This document shows, piece by piece, positions 30,610 to 41,215 of a stretch of 55,124 nt of DNA. Position 1 is the stretch's first letter. Each line of letters starts with the position of its first letter. The translations under genes and the position numbers were made by a program. This DNA is from Paracoccaceae bacterium. GTDB lineage: Bacteria; Pseudomonadota; Alphaproteobacteria; Rhodobacterales; Rhodobacteraceae. The notes beneath the pieces were generated by a model. That model made no database searches. It was not told the DNA's origin and saw only the letters and a program-made list of their open reading frames with translations. The stretch is taken from the NCBI GenBank assembly GCA_040904645.1, contig JBBDTD010000044.1, positions 1 through 55,124 of the forward strand. The letters are read 5' to 3'.

Positions 30610-30835
30610 CGCAACGTCACCCTCGTTTACCAGAATCAGTCCACCTCCTCCTCCGGCCAGTGGCCGAAATCAAGACCTTGGCGATCAGAGAAAAGGTCTC
30701 GGTCCTCTCAGCTTCATCGACGGGCCGTCCCCGGCGCAAGAAAATAGAAGGCCGAACGCACCCGGCGCGAAGGGGCTTGACCGCCGGGCGACAGCGGGCG
30801 AGCCTCGCCTTCGCATCGGTTGAGGGGCTTCACTC

Positions 30836-31537
30836 ATGGCGGTCAAAGCGGCGATTTTCGACGTGTTCGGAACGGTGGTCGATTGGCGAAGCGGCGTCGC
30901 GGCCGAGGTCGCCGCCGCCCTCGCCGCGAAGGCCGAGGCGCATGACGCGGGCGCCTTCGCCGACGCCTGGCGGGGCGAATACCAACCCGCGATGGAGAGA
31001 ATCAGGATAGGCGCCCGCGGCTATGTGCCGCTCGACGATCTGCACCGGGAGAATCTCGATATCGTGCTTGAGGCGCGCGGCCTCTCCGGCCTCGTCGACG
31101 AGGCCGAGCGGGCGGCGTTGAACCATGCGTGGGAAAAATTGCCACCCTGGCCCGACAGCGTCGCCGGTGTGGCGGCGATCAGGGCGCTGATGCCGGTTGC
31201 GACCTGCTCCAATGGCTCCATCGCGCTGATGGTCGCGCTGGCGCGGTTCGCCGGGCTCGATTGGGACGCCATTCTCGGCGCGGAGATAGCCGAGGGCTAC
31301 AAGCCGGAGCCGAAGGTCTATCTGCGCGCCGCCGCCGCGCTCAGGCTCGACCCGGCGGAGGTGTTGATGGTCGCGGCGCATAACAGCGACCTGGCGGCGG
31401 CGCGCGCGGCGGGACTCAAGACCGCGTTTATCCCGCGCCCGGATGAAAAAGGCCCAGGTCTTGGCGAAACGCGAGCCGAGGCGGCGTGGGATTTTGTCGC
31501 CGACGATCTGACCGATCTGGCGCGCCGCCTTGGCTGA
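30836..31537 (+). CDS. Haloacid dehalogenase type II
   Basis: FDVFGTVVDW, SNG, YKP, MVAAHNSDL. Confidence 0.92.
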   Translation: MAVKAAIFDVFGTVVDWRSGVAAEVAAALAAKAEAHDAGAFADAWRGEYQPAMERIRIGARGYVPLDDLHRENLDIVLEARGLSGLVDEAERAALNHAWEKLPPWPDSVAGVAAIRALMPVATCSNGSIALMVALARFAGLDWDAILGAEIAEGYKPEPKVYLRAAAALRLDPAEVLMVAAHNSDLAAARAAGLKTAFIPRPDEKGPGLGETRAEAAWDFVADDLTDLARRLG

Positions 31538-32279
31538 AGACGGCCAAGGCAAGCGCCTGGCTGCGCCGAGCCTGCCCGGCTTTGCGGGGCCCGTCTCGAA
31601 ACCGGCCGAGCCGGACCACGCCAAACACCGGGAGCGATTGCGTGAGCGGTTCGACCGCGCCGGCGCCGGCGCGCTCGCCGATTACGAGATGCTGGAACTG
31701 GTGCTGTTTCGCGCCATTCCGCGCCGCGACGTGAAGCCGCTGACCAAGCTGCTCTTGAGGGAGTTCGGTGATTTCAACCATGTCCTCTCCGCATCCCCGG
31801 CTCGGTTGATGAAGGTGGAGGGGATGGGCGAAGCTGCGGCGCGCGAGTTGAAGATCGTCGAAGCGGCGGCGCATCGGCTGGCGCAGGCGCGGGTGCTGGG
31901 CCGCGAGGCGCTCTCTTCCTGGGCGGCGCTGATGACCTATTGCAAGACAGTGATGGCGCATCGGGAGACAGAGGAATTCCGCATTCTGTTTCTTGACCGC
32001 AAAAACGTGCTGATCGCGGACGAGGCGCAGGCGCGCGGCACAGTCGATCATGTGCCCGTCTATCCGCGCGAGGTGGCGAAGCGGGCGCTGGAGCTGAACG
32101 CCTCCGCGATGATCATGGTGCACAACCACCCGTCGGGGGACCCCACGCCGTCGCCCGCCGATATCGAGATGACGGCCAGGATCGCCGCCGCGCTGGAGGC
32201 GGTCGGCGTCACGCTCCACGACCATGTCGTGATCGGCAAGGAGACCGACGCGAGCTTTCGCGCGCTCGGTTTCCTCTGA
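31530..32279 (+). CDS. radC: RadC (JAB domain) protein
   Basis: HRERLRERF, HNHPSGDPTPSPAD, LHDHVVIG. Confidence 0.93.
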   Translation: MAEDGQGKRLAAPSLPGFAGPVSKPAEPDHAKHRERLRERFDRAGAGALADYEMLELVLFRAIPRRDVKPLTKLLLREFGDFNHVLSASPARLMKVEGMGEAAARELKIVEAAAHRLAQARVLGREALSSWAALMTYCKTVMAHRETEEFRILFLDRKNVLIADEAQARGTVDHVPVYPREVAKRALELNASAMIMVHNHPSGDPTPSPADIEMTARIAAALEAVGVTLHDHVVIGKETDASFRALGFL

Positions 32280-32307
32280 CCCGCGCCGGATGGCTCCTCC
32301 GGGAAGT

Positions 32308-33324
32308 TCAGTCGCCGACGGTCAGCATGATCTTGCCGATATGGGTGGAGCTTTCCATCAGCCGATGCGCCTGCGCCGCCTGCTCCAGGGGGAAACTGGT
32401 CGCCATCACCGGTTTGATCCGGCCCGCTTCGATCAGCGGCCAGACCTTCTCGCGGAGGCTGGCGGCGATCGCCGCCTTTTCGCCGATGCTGCGCGGACGG
32501 AGGGTGGAGCCGGTGATCGTCAGCCGCTTCAGCATCACTTGGGTGAAGTTCAGCTCCACCTCCGGTCCCTTGAGGAAGGCGATATGCACAATGCGTCCCT
32601 GATCGGCGGCGAGCCGCACGTTGCGGGGAATGTAATCGCCCCCGACCATGTCGAGGATCAGGTCGACTCCCTTTTTGTCAGTCGCCGCCCGGAGCGCGTC
32701 CACGTAATCGGCTTCGCGGTAGTTCACCACCACCTCCGCGCCCAGTTCGCGGCAGATCGCGGCCTTGTCCTCGCCGCCGACGGTGGTGAAGACGCGGGCG
32801 CCGAAAGCTTTGGCGAGTTGAATCGCCGTTGTGCCGATGCCGGAGGAGCCGCCATGAACGAGAAATGTCTCCCCCGCTTTCAGGCGCCCGCGATCAAAGA
32901 CATTGGTCCAGACGGTGAAGAATGTCTCCGGCAGCGCCGCAGCCTCAACCATGTTCAGCCCGACGGGCGCCTTCAGCGCATGATCCTCGTGCGTGACCGC
33001 GTATTCGGCGTAGCCGCCGCCGGCGAGCAGCGCGCAGACCTTGTCGCCGACCTTCCAGCGGGTGACGCCGGCGCCGATGGCGGCGACTTCGCCCGAAGCC
33101 TCCAGCCCGGGCAGGTCGGAGGCGCCGGGCGGCGGCGGATAGGCGCCGGCGCGCTGAAAGCAATCCGGCCGGTTGACCCCGGCGGCGGCGATGCGGATCA
33201 GGATCTGATCCTGATCGGGCCGGGGAACCGGGCGCGTTGTGGGAACGAGCGCTTCTGGGCCGCCCGGTTTTGAAATCTCGACGGCGCGCATCATTTCCGG
33301 CAGGTTGGTCATCTGGCTTTTCAT
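32308..33324 (-). CDS. NAD(P)H-quinone oxidoreductase, PIG3 family
   Basis: GVNRPD, LPGLEASG, HGGSSGIG, GSTLRPR. Confidence 0.92.
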   Translation of the reverse strand: MKSQMTNLPEMMRAVEISKPGGPEALVPTTRPVPRPDQDQILIRIAAAGVNRPDCFQRAGAYPPPPGASDLPGLEASGEVAAIGAGVTRWKVGDKVCALLAGGGYAEYAVTHEDHALKAPVGLNMVEAAALPETFFTVWTNVFDRGRLKAGETFLVHGGSSGIGTTAIQLAKAFGARVFTTVGGEDKAAICRELGAEVVVNYREADYVDALRAATDKKGVDLILDMVGGDYIPRNVRLAADQGRIVHIAFLKGPEVELNFTQVMLKRLTITGSTLRPRSIGEKAAIAASLREKVWPLIEAGRIKPVMATSFPLEQAAQAHRLMESSTHIGKIMLTVGD

Positions 33325-33492
33325 CCCTTTGGTCCTGTGACAGGCTTCGCCCCGTTATGGCGGCGATCAGGTGAGCGCGAAACCCGAAATTGGTGGACTG
33401 GCCCCGCGCCGGGCCAGTCTGCGTCCATTGGAACGGTCTGACGCAAACTTCGCCGTGCGCAATCGGGGACCCGCCGCCGGCGGCTCCGGGCG

Positions 33493-34149
33493 ATGAACGA
33501 GGATGACCCACCGCAGCCGGTCTCGATCACCCGCGCGGTCTTTCAGTCCGCCGCCAATTACGAGGGGCTGAGTTCGGACGAGCGTCGTCGCCGGCGGGCT
33601 GAGTCGCGGAACATCTGGCTGCCACCGGGGCTCGTCGCCTCCCAATGGGTGGTGACGCAGGCGTTTCGCTATGAGGTTGGCGCGCTCGGCTCCGGAGAGG
33701 AGATCGTCGTCGGCCGGGGGTTCGAGTTCGACGGAGCGAGCGTGCCGCCGCCGCTCACGCTACTGGTGCCGCAAACCCATGCGCTCTATCTCGCGGCCGC
33801 CGCGCTCCATGATTGGCTCTATCAGGTTGAGCATGAACGGATCAGCCGCAAGAAGGCGGATGCGATCTTCCGCGAGGCGATGATCGTCCTCGGCCTCAAC
33901 TGGTTCTGGGCTGGGTTGATGTGGCGTTCGGTGCGCGCCGGCGGCTGGGTGCCCTGGCATGAGCGCAAGCCCGGCACGTTGGCCTGGCGGCTGCTCCGGC
34001 TGCCGAAAATCATCCGCGGGCCGTTGATCTGGTTGGTCAACATGACGCGCGGCTTCGCGGCCGGGCTGTTCGTCGACCTTTTCTCGTTGCCGCGATACCG
34101 GGCCGAAGCGGCGCGAATCCGGGCGCTCGACGCCCCGAAACGCGGCTGA
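33493..34149 (+). CDS. DUF1353-like protein
   Basis: GFEFDGASVP...AAALHDWLY...ADAIFREAM. Confidence 0.75.
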   Translation: MNEDDPPQPVSITRAVFQSAANYEGLSSDERRRRRAESRNIWLPPGLVASQWVVTQAFRYEVGALGSGEEIVVGRGFEFDGASVPPPLTLLVPQTHALYLAAAALHDWLYQVEHERISRKKADAIFREAMIVLGLNWFWAGLMWRSVRAGGWVPWHERKPGTLAWRLLRLPKIIRGPLIWLVNMTRGFAAGLFVDLFSLPRYRAEAARIRALDAPKRG

Positions 34150-34212
34150 GAGGCTTGCGCGCCGCGTGCGCTCGGGTCAGGGTCGCGCAGCGAAAACCAA
34201 GGGAGATTACGG

Positions 34213-34953
34213 ATGGCTAGGACGGCTCTGGTGACAGGTGCGGGCAGCGGGATCGGGCGCGCGACAGCGCGGGCGCTGGCGGCGAAGGGCTGGCGTGTCG
34301 GATTGGTCGGCCGCCGACGCGAAGCGCTTGAGGAAACCGCGGCGGAGATCGGCGAAGGCGCGCTGGTGCTGGCGTGCGACATCGCCAAGCCGGACGAGGT
34401 GGAGGCGATCTTCATCGAAGCGGCGAAGGAATTCGGCCGGCTCGACCTTCTCTTCAACAACGCGGGGCGCGGCGCGCCCGGCGCCGATATCGACGAAATG
34501 ATGCTGGACGACTGGTACGGTGTTGTCGACGCCAACCTGCACGGCTCGTTGCTTTGCGCACGGGCCGCCTTCGCGCTGATGAAGCGTCAGGACCCCAAGG
34601 GCGGGCGGATCATCAATAACGGCTCGATCAGCGCGCATGCGCCGCGCCCGGGTTCAGTCGCCTATACGGTGACCAAGCACGCCATCACCGGGCTGACCAA
34701 AACGCTTTCGCTCGACGGGCGCAAGCATGACATCGCCTGTGGCCAGATCGATATCGGCAACGCGCTGACCGAGATGGCCGCGCGCATGGTCGACGGCGTG
34801 CCGCAGGCGGACGGCTCTATCCGGGCCGAAGCGGTGATGGACCCGGAACATGTCGCGCAGGCGGTGGTGCAGATGGCGGAATACCCGCTGGAGACCAACG
34901 TGCAGTTCATGACGATCATGGCCACCAAGATGCCCTATGTCGGCAGGGGCTGA
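34213..34953 (+). CDS. Short-chain dehydrogenase/reductase
   Basis: [17 protein letters not shown]. Confidence 0.93.
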   Translation: MARTALVTGAGSGIGRATARALAAKGWRVGLVGRRREALEETAAEIGEGALVLACDIAKPDEVEAIFIEAAKEFGRLDLLFNNAGRGAPGADIDEMMLDDWYGVVDANLHGSLLCARAAFALMKRQDPKGGRIINNGSISAHAPRPGSVAYTVTKHAITGLTKTLSLDGRKHDIACGQIDIGNALTEMAARMVDGVPQADGSIRAEAVMDPEHVAQAVVQMAEYPLETNVQFMTIMATKMPYVGRG

Positions 34954-34967
34954 GCAGGGCGCGGCGG

Positions 34968-35508
34968 ATGGAGCATATCCGCACCGTTGACGAACTGAAG
35001 GCGATCCATGGGGCGCGGCCAGCGCATTCGATCGTCCAGGCTTCACCCCGGCTGGCCGCCGCCTGTCGGCGCTGGATAGAGCAAGCCGGTTCTGGATCCT
35101 GACCACCGTCGGCCCCGAAAGGGGGCGGCGGCTCCCCTCGTGGGGATGATGGATCTGTCGTCGCCGCTCTTGACGATCAGACGCTGGCGATGCCGGACTG
35201 GCGGGGAAATCAGCGGCTGGTCGGCTTTCGCAATATCGTTCGCGATGGCCGCGCCTCGACGATGTTCTTCGTTCCCGGACCGAAGAACATCATCCGCGTG
35301 ATCAGCAATGCGGCGATCACGGCGGATTAAGCGCTTCGCATCCGGTTCGAGCGCAAGACGATCATTCCGGCGACCGTGCTCGTCTTCCGCATCGCGGAGG
35401 TGCGATTCGCAGTGCGCGCGCGACCTTGCGCTCCCGGTCTGGTCGAAGGGCGAGATCGACGGCGATGCTCATGACGCGAACTGGCCAGCCGCGCGCTGGG
35501 CAATCTGA
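34968..35508 (+). pseudogene. Degraded FMN-binding pyridoxamine 5'-phosphate oxidase-type protein (MSMEG_1061-like)
   Basis: Stitched frames read MEHIRTVDELKAIHG... / ILTTVGPE / SPRGD...MPDWRGNQRL...NIVRDGRASTMFFVPG...AD* / QCAR, with frameshifts and an in-frame TAA at 35328-35330. Confidence 0.75.
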
Positions 35509-35678
35509 GGCAAGATGAAGGGCAGGGGCGAATTCCGGGGCCGTGCTGCAATGGAACCAATTCGGACAATTGACGTTTTGTCTCCGGCGCCGCGCCGGAA
35601 ACAAGAGGAGCGAGCGTTACTGAAATGGCCGACAAGATCAGACGCGATGAGCGCGATGATCGGCCCCAGGAGCGACAC

Positions 35679-37625
35679 ATGACCAACAGGCTTTCCAAGA
35701 CGATCTCGTCGCTCTGCGTGGCGTCGATGATGTTTCAGCCTCTGGCGGCGATCGCGGACGGCCAAACGCAAGCGCGGTCCATCGTGACCGCGCAGAATAA
35801 CGCGCAGGACGCACAGGATAATAAAGCCAAGCAGCGCGAGAAGGCCGCGGCGAGAAAGCAACGCCAGGAAAAAGCAGCTGGGGATCGCAAAGCCGCCGCA
35901 CAGAAGGAGCGGCGGCAGAAAGCCGCCGAAACCCGCAAGGCGGCGGACAAGGATAAAAAGCCCAAGGCCAATGCGCAGCAGCGCAATCGTAACGACTCGC
36001 CCGAAGCCCGCAAGCAGGCGAAGGACGCCGCCGCAACTCGCAAACGCCAGCGCGAGGCGCGGGAGGCGCGCGAGCAGGGACAGAAAAACCAGGCCGCCCA
36101 GCAAGAGCGCAGGCAAAAGCAGAACGAGCGCAAGAACGCCGAGCGCGCGAATGAGCGTAAGCAGGCCGGCCCGGCCAAGGCGAATGACCGCGCGAAAGCC
36201 GTGGAGGACGAGCGCGCGCGGCCAAAGGCCCAGCAACCGGCGCAGCGGAAAGCCGCTGAGCGCGCGCAGAATCGCGCCGCGAATCGACCGGCCGCCGCAA
36301 AGCGGCGCGCCAACGAGTTGCCGGCTGATCCCGGGAAGCCGCCACGCAACCCGAGGCCGTCCGCCGCACAGGCGGCAGACCGCGATAACCCGCAGCGGGC
36401 CGCACGCGGCGACGCGGCGCCCGCGAGGTTGCAGGCGAAAAACAAGGATCGCCCGGCCGCCGCGGTTTCGCGCGGCGCGCGGCCCAGCCGCGACGAGCGC
36501 CCCGTGCGGGTGGAAGAGCGCGACGTGCGTCGCAGCAATCAGGACCATCGCGATTACGACCGCGACCGCGACCGCCGGCGCGATGGCCGTGATGACCGTG
36601 ACGGTCGTTACGGTCGTGACGGCGACCGGCGCCGCGATGACGACCGTTACTGGGACGGTGACCGCTGGCGCGATAACGACCGTTACTGGGACGGCGACCG
36701 CTGGCGCTATCGTGGTCGGGACGATGATTCCGGCCTGAGCGATCTCCAGAAATTTGGTCTCGTGGCTCTTGGCGCGGTCGCCGTCGGCGCGATCATCTAC
36801 GGCTCGCAAACCGTGGTCTCCAACTCCGGGGACAGGGTCGTCACCCGCGACGCAAGCGGGCGGTATGACGTCTACAGGGACGACAACGCCCTGATCCGCC
36901 GCCCCGGCTCGACCGTCTACACCGATCCTTACGATGACGGCTCGGTCGAATCGCGTGTGGTGCGTCAAGACGGCACCGTCATCATCACCGTGCTGGACGC
37001 CGACGGGCGGGTGCTTCGCCGCAGCGTGCAGCGACCAGACGCGCAACAGGTCGTGCTCTATGACGACACGCAGCCGGTGCGCGAGGTAATGCCCGCGGCG
37101 CTGCCGCCGCGCTCTCCGGTGGCGATCAGCTATGACGACCAGACCAGCGCCGATCTGCTCTACGCCACGTTCGAGACCGAGCCGGAGGAGGCCGCGCGCC
37201 AGCGCTTCAACCTGTCGCAGGTGCGTGATATTGCGGGCGTGCGTTATCTGGCGCCGGAAGTCGCGCTGGCTTCGCTGGTCTTCGCGTCCGGCTCCGACGC
37301 CGTCAGCCTGGATGCGGCGGCCCGCCTCGCGACGCTTGGCGACGTGATGGCCGACATGATCGCGCGGGACCCGTATGAGGTCTTTCTGATCGAGGGCCAT
37401 ACCGACGCTACGGGCGGGGAGGCGGCGAACCTTCTCCTGTCCGATCAGCGCGCGGAATCCGTCGCTTTGGCGCTGACCGAGAATTTTGGCGTGCCGCCGG
37501 AAAACATGGTGATCCAGGGCTACGGCGAATACGATCTGAAAGAGCAGACCAGGGGCGCGAGCGAGGTCAACCGTCAGGTCATCATCCGCCGTGTAACGCC
37601 GCTTCTGGCGCCGCCGACGGAATGA
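35679..37625 (+). CDS. OmpA-family protein with long charged low-complexity N-terminus
   Basis: Signal peptide; C-terminal FLIEGHTDATG...NLLLSDQRA...GYGE...NRQV; AGGAG RBS. Confidence 0.88.
   Translation: MTNRLSKTISSLCVASMMFQPLAAIADGQTQARSIVTAQNNAQDAQDNKAKQREKAAARKQRQEKAAGDRKAAAQKERRQKAAETRKAADKDKKPKANAQQRNRNDSPEARKQAKDAAATRKRQREAREAREQGQKNQAAQQERRQKQNERKNAERANERKQAGPAKANDRAKAVEDERARPKAQQPAQRKAAERAQNRAANRPAAAKRRANELPADPGKPPRNPRPSAAQAADRDNPQRAARGDAAPARLQAKNKDRPAAAVSRGARPSRDERPVRVEERDVRRSNQDHRDYDRDRDRRRDGRDDRDGRYGRDGDRRRDDDRYWDGDRWRDNDRYWDGDRWRYRGRDDDSGLSDLQKFGLVALGAVAVGAIIYGSQTVVSNSGDRVVTRDASGRYDVYRDDNALIRRPGSTVYTDPYDDGSVESRVVRQDGTVIITVLDADGRVLRRSVQRPDAQQVVLYDDTQPVREVMPAALPPRSPVAISYDDQTSADLLYATFETEPEEAARQRFNLSQVRDIAGVRYLAPEVALASLVFASGSDAVSLDAAARLATLGDVMADMIARDPYEVFLIEGHTDATGGEAANLLLSDQRAESVALALTENFGVPPENMVIQGYGEYDLKEQTRGASEVNRQVIIRRVTPLLAPPTE
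36633..36707 (+). repeat. 36-bp tandem repeat (2 copies) encoding RD(D/N)DRYWDGDRW
   Basis: cgcgatgacgaccgttactgggacggtgaccgctgg / cgcgataacgaccgttactgggacggcgaccgctgg. Confidence 0.9.
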
Positions 37626-37681
37626 CCCGCCCGGCGGCGGTCCTCCTCCGTCCCTTTCGCCCCGCCGCGCCCTTCGCCTTC

Positions 37682-38017
37682 GTCTCCGGCGGCGTAGGAG
37701 GCGATATTCTGAACGACGACGGGCGGGACAAATTGGAAGGCGGCGGCGATCTGCTGACCGGGGGCCGAGGAAACGATGCGCCGATCGGCGTTGGCTGGCG
37801 TGGCCGCGTCGTCGCCAGCCGGGTCGATGGGTTCGACCGGCTCAACGATTTCCGGGGCGGCCGCGATATGATCCAGTTCGCGCGCGGCGGAGCCCGCCGA
37901 GTTTGACGGCGCTGAGATATCGGGCCGCTGGTCGTATATCCTGATCATGTTCCAGGGCGGCAGGTCGCCGGTGCTCACTGACGACGCCGAAGATTTCGAC
38001 GTCGGAGATTGTAACCT
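37682..38017 (+). pseudogene. Remnant of an RTX (hemolysin-type Ca-binding) protein C-terminus
   Basis: GGVGGDIL, GGRGND, DGFDRLNDFRGGRDMIQF, then a frameshift near 37890 to AEFDGAEISG...AEDFDVGD. Confidence 0.55.
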
Positions 38018-39199
38018 TCAAGCGGCGCCGGCTTCCGCCGCGATGGACGCGCGGCTCTTGCGCGTTCGCTCGGTGGCGGATTTCAGCTGGCCGCAGGCGG
38101 CCATGATATCCTGGCCCCGCGGCGTGCGGACCGGGCTGGCGTAGCCGGCGCGGTTGACGATTTCCGCGAAAGCCTCGATCCGGTCCCAGTCGGAGCGCTC
38201 ATAGGGTGCACCGGGCCAAGGGTTGAAGGGGATAAGGTTGATCTTGGCCGGGATGCCGGCGATCAGCTGGACCAGCCGCCGCGCGTCGGCGTCGGAATCG
38301 TTCACGTCTTTCAGCATCACATACTCGAAGGTGATCCGTTCCGCGTTCGAAAGCCGGGGATAGGCGCGGCAGGCGTCGAGCAGCGCCTTGATGTTCCATT
38401 TCCTGTTGATAGGCACCAGCTTGTCGCGCACCGCATCGGTGGTGGCGTGAAACGAGATGGCGAGCATGCAGCCGATCTCTTCGCCCGCGCGCACGATCTC
38501 AGGCACGACGCCGGAGGTTGAGAGCGTGATGCGCCGGCGAGACATCGACAGCCCCTCATTGTCCATCGCGATCTTCATGGCGTCGCGCACATTGTCGGTG
38601 TTGTAGAGTGGCTCCCCCATGCCCATCAGCACGATGTTGGAGAGAAGGCGCCTGTCCGCCGCCACCTTTCCCGCTGAGGCCCACTCGCCAAGATCGTCGC
38701 GGCAGATCAGGATCTGCCCGACGATCTCCGCCGCCGTCAGATTGCGCACCAGCGTCTGCGTGCCGGTATGGCAGAAGGTGCAATTCAGGGTGCAGCCGAC
38801 CTGCGAGGAAATGCAGAGCGTGCCGCGATCCTCTTCGGGGATATAGACCGCCTCCACCTCATGCCCGCCATCGATGCGGAGCAGATATTTGCGTGTGCCG
38901 TCCTCGGAGACCTGCTTCGTCACTATCTCGGGTCGTTGGATGCGGAACTGTTCGGCCAGCGTGGCGCGGAACTCCTTGGAGAGGCTGGTCATCGCCGCCG
39001 TTTCCGCGACGCCTTTCTGGTAAAGCCAGCCCCAGACCTGCGCGGCGCGCATCTTCGCCCGGTTCTCGGGCGCGCCCGCCTCGATCATGGCGTCGCGGAG
39101 TTGCTCCCTGCTCATCCCGATCAGGTTCGGTTTGGCGCCTTTCGGCGCGATGCGCGGCAGAACGCGCGCGTCAGGGGTGATCGGGGCCAGTTCGGCCAT
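38018..39199 (-). CDS. rlmN: 23S rRNA m2A2503 / tRNA methyltransferase
   Basis: [30 protein letters not shown]. Confidence 0.96.
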   Translation of the reverse strand: MAELAPITPDARVLPRIAPKGAKPNLIGMSREQLRDAMIEAGAPENRAKMRAAQVWGWLYQKGVAETAAMTSLSKEFRATLAEQFRIQRPEIVTKQVSEDGTRKYLLRIDGGHEVEAVYIPEEDRGTLCISSQVGCTLNCTFCHTGTQTLVRNLTAAEIVGQILICRDDLGEWASAGKVAADRRLLSNIVLMGMGEPLYNTDNVRDAMKIAMDNEGLSMSRRRITLSTSGVVPEIVRAGEEIGCMLAISFHATTDAVRDKLVPINRKWNIKALLDACRAYPRLSNAERITFEYVMLKDVNDSDADARRLVQLIAGIPAKINLIPFNPWPGAPYERSDWDRIEAFAEIVNRAGYASPVRTPRGQDIMAACGQLKSATERTRKSRASIAAEAGAA

Positions 39200-39221
39200 G
39201 GGGCGTTCCTCAAACAGCGAC

Positions 39222-39241
39222 GGCCCGCGCCATGGCGGGCC
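39222..39241. other. GC hairpin between the IalB-family gene and rlmN
   Basis: GGCCCGC-GCCATG-GCGGGCC; no clear U tract. Confidence 0.35.
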
Positions 39242-39266
39242 TTCGCATCCTACAGCAAACAGGCGC

Positions 39267-39824
39267 TCAATTGCAGAGCGCGCGCGCCTCGTCCAGCGCG
39301 GCGGTGAAGCCGCTGAGCGAAAAACTGTCGATCGTCGTGGTTCCGCGGGTGGAGACGCCGGTGACTTCGGCTGTCGCGCCGCGTTTCATCGTGTCAACGA
39401 TTTTGTTGTCGCTGTCGGCGCTGTCGGCCCAGGCGCCTTCACCCTCGGTGAAAAGCTCGAACCCGTCCGAGCCGATCTTCAGCTTGACCGAGCTGCCGGC
39501 GCGAAACGGATAGCCGCCGATCATGGAAACCTCGTTCTTCACCTGCGCGCCGGGCCGGATGGCCACCATCAGGAAGATGTCGCCGCGGTTCACCGAAACC
39601 GGCTTGCCGCCGCGCACCGCGCGCGATGATACGGGCTGCGATACGATCCAGCATTGCCGGTCCGCCGCCGCGCCCTGTTTGAAGATGCTCCAGTCACGCT
39701 TCGCGCCGATGCTTTCATTCGCCGCCTGCGAATAGGCGGGCCCCGCCACGCCAGCCGCCAGCCACAATGCCGCGATCCCGGCAAGAACCAGGCTCCTGCG
39801 CGCAACTCGGTTCAATGATCCCAT
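39267..39824 (-). CDS. Invasion-associated locus B (IalB) family exported protein
   Basis: Signal peptide, DWSIF...[22 protein letters not shown]...C. Confidence 0.82.
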   Translation of the reverse strand: MGSLNRVARRSLVLAGIAALWLAAGVAGPAYSQAANESIGAKRDWSIFKQGAAADRQCWIVSQPVSSRAVRGGKPVSVNRGDIFLMVAIRPGAQVKNEVSMIGGYPFRAGSSVKLKIGSDGFELFTEGEGAWADSADSDNKIVDTMKRGATAEVTGVSTRGTTTIDSFSLSGFTAALDEARALCN

Positions 39825-40170
39825 ATTCACTCTCCGCCTCAATTCTGACCGAGGCTTCGCGCCTCTTTTCTCTGTCCAGCCAATCAGGATACTATCTCAA
39901 AAACTCCGCCCGGCGCCACCCTTGGCGGAGATACTCCTTCCTGCGCGCAAAAGAGCAAGGGGAGATGGACGCGGATCACGCAAAGACCTCGTGTGAGAGG
40001 CGTTTCGCGGCGCCGGCCCGAGCGCTGCGAATAACCGGCGCGCTGATTCAACGCACATCTGCGCGCAGCGGATGCCGCCGGCCAAAGGGCGAAGGCTGGT
40101 TTTCCCGGCCGGCTTGATCCATTGCGAAACAGCGTAACGCCAATGATCGATTCCCACAGGGAGAGCTTCG

Positions 40171-41205
40171 ATGAAAGACGCCGCCTTCAACCCCGTCCTC
40201 GCCACGCGCCAGCGCGCGGGCTTCATTGAGCGAGAGCATCACGGCCGCGTCGCCATCGTCGATGGCCGGGCGGCTGGAACCGCGCTGGTCGCGGCGCTTG
40301 GCGATGTCGAGGCCGTGTTCCTGCCACGCTCATCGTGCAAGATCCTTCAGGCGCTGCCGATGGTCGAAAGCGGCGCGGCGGATGCGGCGCGGCTTTCGCC
40401 CCGGCTGCTCGCGCTTTCCTGCGCCTCGCATCAGGGCTCGGACGCCCATGCCGGGATGGCGGCAGGGTGGCTGGCGGAGATGGGCCTGTCGGAGGCCGAC
40501 CTGGAATGCGGCGCGCAGACGTCCTCCGATGATGACACGCGCAAGCGCATGATCCGTGTGGACGAGGCGCCGACGCAACTCCACAACAATTGCTCCGGCA
40601 AGCACACGGGCTTCCTCTGTCAGGCGCGCCATCTGGGCGCGCCAGCCGCCGGATATGTCTCGCGCGATCATGCCGTCCAGAAAGCGGTGGCGGCTGCGAC
40701 GGCGGAGATGGCGGGCGAAGATGTGGAGCGTTTCGCCATCGACGGATGCTCGGCTCCGAATTTCGCGCTGTCCCTGCACGGTCTCGCCCGCGCCGCGGCG
40801 CGCATAGCCGCGGCGGAAACCGCGCTTTCGGGCGCGCGACGGGACGCGGCGATCCGCCTGCGCGAGGCGATGGCGGCGCATCCCTTTGAAGTCGCGGGGG
40901 AAGGGCGTTCCTGCACCCAACTGATGCGCGCCGGGGGCGGGCGGCTGATGGTGAAGACCGGCGCCGAGGGCGCGTTCATCGCCATTCTGCCGGAACTCGG
41001 CCTTGGCGTGGCGCTGAAGATTGACGATGGAAACACCGCCGGCGCGGAATGCGCGATGGCGGGAATACTGGTGGCGCTGGGCGCTCTCGACGCGGAGCAT
41101 CCGGGCGTCGCGAAATGGCTCCACCCGGTGGAGGTGAACCGGCGCGGGGTGATCTGCGGGGGCGGGGCGCCCGCCCCCGCGATCACTGGCGTGAGGCTGA
41201 GCTAG
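40171..41205 (+). CDS. L-asparaginase II (Rhizobium etli AnsA type)
   Basis: RSSCKILQA, CASHQG, NNCSGKH, DGCSAP, KTGAEG. Confidence 0.9.
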   Translation: MKDAAFNPVLATRQRAGFIEREHHGRVAIVDGRAAGTALVAALGDVEAVFLPRSSCKILQALPMVESGAADAARLSPRLLALSCASHQGSDAHAGMAAGWLAEMGLSEADLECGAQTSSDDDTRKRMIRVDEAPTQLHNNCSGKHTGFLCQARHLGAPAAGYVSRDHAVQKAVAAATAEMAGEDVERFAIDGCSAPNFALSLHGLARAAARIAAAETALSGARRDAAIRLREAMAAHPFEVAGEGRSCTQLMRAGGGRLMVKTGAEGAFIAILPELGLGVALKIDDGNTAGAECAMAGILVALGALDAEHPGVAKWLHPVEVNRRGVICGGGAPAPAITGVRLS

Positions 41206-41215
41206 GGCGCCCGCT

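Noticed and set aside
30640-30740. Minus-strand GGGG...GCTGAGA...CTGATC (TPP riboswitch-like), a hairpin, and CCTCCTCCTCC at 30644-30654
   Set aside because: The remaining TPP core is missing, the downstream gene is SCP2 rather than thiamine-related, and there is only one anti-SD-like motif.
31530-32279. radC as a mobile-element marker
   Set aside because: It is the full-length chromosomal type, with no integrase or transfer genes nearby.
36540-36710. Repeats as a possible CRISPR array
   Set aside because: They are in-frame coding tandem repeats with no spacers and no cas genes.
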